Shown piece by piece: positions 61,915 through 64,000 of a stretch of 64,000 nt of DNA. The notes under the pieces were generated by a model, which searched no databases, was not told the origin of the DNA, and saw only the letters and a list, made by a program, of their open reading frames with translations. A program made the position numbers and the translations under genes. The stretch's first letter is position 1, and every line of letters begins with the position of its first letter. The stretch covers positions 23,947 through 87,946 of the forward strand of contig JAHFNB010000002.1 in NCBI GenBank assembly GCA_023267595.1. Direction: 5' to 3'. Source of the stretch: a bacterium (lineage in GTDB: Bacteria > Patescibacteriota > Minisyncoccia > Phycocordibacterales > UBA5272).

Positions 61915-61933
61915 AGTGACAATAGAGTGTACT

Positions 61934-62830
61934 TTACACTATCCTTCGCACTTCGCCAAATATTTCTTCTATATGACCTTTTATTTCAAGTGAAGAAAGT
62001 GTCATTAAAAATTTTTCAGGAGTGAGTTTACTTTCAAGTAAAAGTAAATCTTTTTCTTTTGATTCTGTGAGTAGTTGCATAATGGTTTCCTCTTCAGGGG
62101 AGTAGGTGTATTTTTTCTGTGAAGTTTCTTTTTTAGAAAGATGAAGAAGTGAAAAAAGATCATCACTATGTGCAATTATATATGCGCCGTCACGAATAAG
62201 AGTATGTGTTCCTCGTGACGTAGGGGAAAATATTTCACCAGGAATAGCACCAATGTCACGTCCTAATTCTAATGCAAGACGTGCAGTGATGAGTGTGCCT
62301 GACTGTTCTTCTGCTTCGACAATTAATACCGCATCAGATAGTGCAGCAACGATACGATTACGTGCAGGAAATGTCCAGTTGGCGGCTTGTGTAAGGGGTG
62401 GTAATTCTGATATGAGCATCCCACCAGATTCTACAATTTCTTCTGCAAGATGGAGGTGTGATGATGGATATATAACACGTGTATCTAACCCATTTCCAAG
62501 TACGGCATATGTTTTTATATTGTGTTGTAATGAAGATACATGCGCAATACTATCAATACCATGTGCAAGACCCGAGATCACAATGACCTCCTCAGGAGGA
62601 AGTGATGCAAGTAAGTGTTCTATTGCTTGCTTACCATACTGTGAATGTTTACGTGAACCAACAACAGAAAGTATTCGAGGTGTCGCACGTCCGTACTCAT
62701 CAAGAGTTATATCAGGTAAATTTCCAGTAATATAGAGTTGTTCAGGAACTTCATGTAATTGTAATAAACGAGCAAGTAGTGGATGTTCAGAAAACTTTTC
62801 TCTCGGGATGATAGTTATCGGGAAAGACAT
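61934..62830 (-). CDS. dprA: DNA-processing protein DprA (likely start MSFPITI)
   Basis: VVGSR, ISGLAHGID, FPARNRIVAAL, SGTLITA; adjacent to topA. Confidence 0.93.
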   Translation of the reverse strand: MSFPITIIPREKFSEHPLLARLLQLHEVPEQLYITGNLPDITLDEYGRATPRILSVVGSRKHSQYGKQAIEHLLASLPPEEVIVISGLAHGIDSIAHVSSLQHNIKTYAVLGNGLDTRVIYPSSHLHLAEEIVESGGMLISELPPLTQAANWTFPARNRIVAALSDAVLIVEAEEQSGTLITARLALELGRDIGAIPGEIFSPTSRGTHTLIRDGAYIIAHSDDLFSLLHLSKKETSQKKYTYSPEEETIMQLLTESKEKDLLLLESKLTPEKFLMTLSSLEIKGHIEEIFGEVRRIV

Positions 62831-62886
62831 ATATTTATAGTCTATAGTGTATGACCTGTAGATGATAGTGAATACAAATAAAAAAA

Positions 62887-62974
62887 CGAAGGCCACTCGT
62901 CTTTGCGCATAGAGGATTATGTGTCCCCGCGCTAAGCGAGAACACTATCATATGCGCAAAGACGGATGTCTTCG
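62887..62974. other. ~88-nt long imperfect hairpin flanked by A and T tracts
   Basis: CGTCTTTGCGCATA (62898-62911) / TATGCGCAAAGACG (62951-62964) plus outer and inner stems. Confidence 0.65.
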
Positions 62975-62991
62975 CTTGTTTTTTTGATGTC

Positions 62992-63222
62992 TCAGTCTTT
63001 TTTTCGCATCATGTAAACTGCAATCACAATGACTAAGATGAGACCAAGTGTCCCATGCCAAAGGGCTTGGTTTTCGCTATATGCTTGGCCAAATCTCCGC
63101 ATAGTATTGGTCACGGATATTCCCATCATTTCAAGTGCTTGTGCAGCAATGAAAAGGATGAGAACGATTAGGAAAAACTTCGTAACTCCCTCATACGGAC
63201 TACCACCTGATGGTGCAGACAT
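62992..63222 (-). CDS. Orphan small 2-TM protein
   Basis: AAGGAG SD; two hydrophobic segments. Confidence 0.6.
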   Translation of the reverse strand: MSAPSGGSPYEGVTKFFLIVLILFIAAQALEMMGISVTNTMRRFGQAYSENQALWHGTLGLILVIVIAVYMMRKKD

Positions 63223-63237
63223 TACTACTCCTTTTTC

Positions 63238-63546
63238 TTAGAGTGAATTGATGGCGCGAAGGGTCTCTCTTTGAGTTCCTTCGCAATCTTGATACGGTTC
63301 CGAGAGTTGTACTTTGGGTGCACCAACAAAACTTTGAATCGAGATGGTGGTCCCTCCGCCACGATTTTTGACACACTCTTTGTATGTCTCGATCGCCTCC
63401 CGTATATTATCTGCTTTTCTTCGTTGTGTATTGTCGTTTGTGCCATTTGTTGTCATGGGTTTATAGACGGCAATACCAGCAATGATTACATTAACCACTG
63501 CAACAACGCCAAGCAGAAGAACAATAGCCGGTGTTTTTGTCGCCAT
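63238..63546 (-). CDS. Orphan N-terminal TM protein
   Basis: Hydrophobic N-terminus; co-oriented with neighbours. Confidence 0.5.
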   Translation of the reverse strand: MATKTPAIVLLLGVVAVVNVIIAGIAVYKPMTTNGTNDNTQRRKADNIREAIETYKECVKNRGGGTTISIQSFVGAPKVQLSEPYQDCEGTQRETLRAINSL

Positions 63547-63591
63547 TTTTTTCTTTCTGCAGTGTGTGCACTGCGGTTGAGACTTACGAAA

Positions 63592-63876
63592 CTATTTTTG
63601 GGTTTGGACGACCGTTTTTGCTTTTGAATAAGTCCCGAAGGTAAATCCAATTGAGATTATTAGGCAGAAAACTAGAGTGAGGAGAGTAAAATTTTTCAAT
63701 CTCATGTAAGGAATTTCCTCCTCCTCTTTTTGAATATGTACTGAAGGAAGTTTCATGGTCTCCTTAAGCACATTATCCAAAAGTTTAGGATCTTTCTCCC
63801 TTGTTGTTTCATCGAGGACTTGTGCTAGAAGTCCTTTAATCGGTGAACTTTGCAATCCACCCTTCCTATGCTCCAT
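63592..63876 (-). CDS. Orphan C-terminal TM protein
   Basis: TTGACA-17-TAGTAT promoter and AGGAG SD upstream. Confidence 0.6.
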   Translation of the reverse strand: MEHRKGGLQSSPIKGLLAQVLDETTREKDPKLLDNVLKETMKLPSVHIQKEEEEIPYMRLKNFTLLTLVFCLIISIGFTFGTYSKAKTVVQTQK

Positions 63877-64000
63877 GGTAAGTCTCCTGTCTTTAAAGTT
63901 TCGTCCTCTTTAATTCAGAGAACGTCTATCTCCTATACTACAGTATTTATCTTATATGTCAAGGATTTTTTGAACTATGAAACATGTTGTGATGTTTATT

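Noticed and set aside
63225-63446. Alternative 73-aa ORF
   Set aside because: It overlaps 63238-63546 on the same strand and has no SD; the TM-bearing frame is preferred, with uncertainty
62992-63876. Prophage or inovirus at the right edge
   Set aside because: Only small TM orphans; no Zot-like ATPase, Rep, capsid or integrase is visible

Overview
AT-rich bacterial chromosome segment in the standard genetic code. Gene content and style suggest Patescibacteria/CPR, Parcubacteria-like (inference). Core genes include secA, murF, mscL, ligA, gatC/gatA/gatB, trhO, a DEAD-box helicase, rpoB/rpoC, dnaG, rpoD, obgE, miaA, parB, rel and topA. It also holds a type IV pilus/competence set (comF, pilM-N-O-P-B, pilT, pilC, pilins, pilD, dprA), 7 tRNA genes, a GmrSD-type restriction gene and a large repeat-containing surface protein. 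Top candidate for an undescribed system: tRNA-Glu, tRNA-Asp and tRNA-Leu are each followed by the same ~110-125-nt module. It consists of a small hairpin (loop CTGC), an inverted copy of that tRNA's own T-arm, AATA(T)GGG-GTY, a long hairpin, GAC, and a direct copy of the tRNA 3' end. At tRNA-Glu the module brackets a GmrSD cargo gene with no integrase present, which resembles integron attC/attI geometry anchored on tRNAs. Other oddities: a tRNA-Ser with ACT anticodon; apparently leaderless core genes versus Shine-Dalgarno-led orphan cassettes; a 19-bp bidirectional promoter; two unannotated small ORFs; a TSP3-repeat/TM/HEPN-motif protein; and loss of metal-binding cysteines in UDG and PilB. 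All calls come from reading the sequence; no searches were run.
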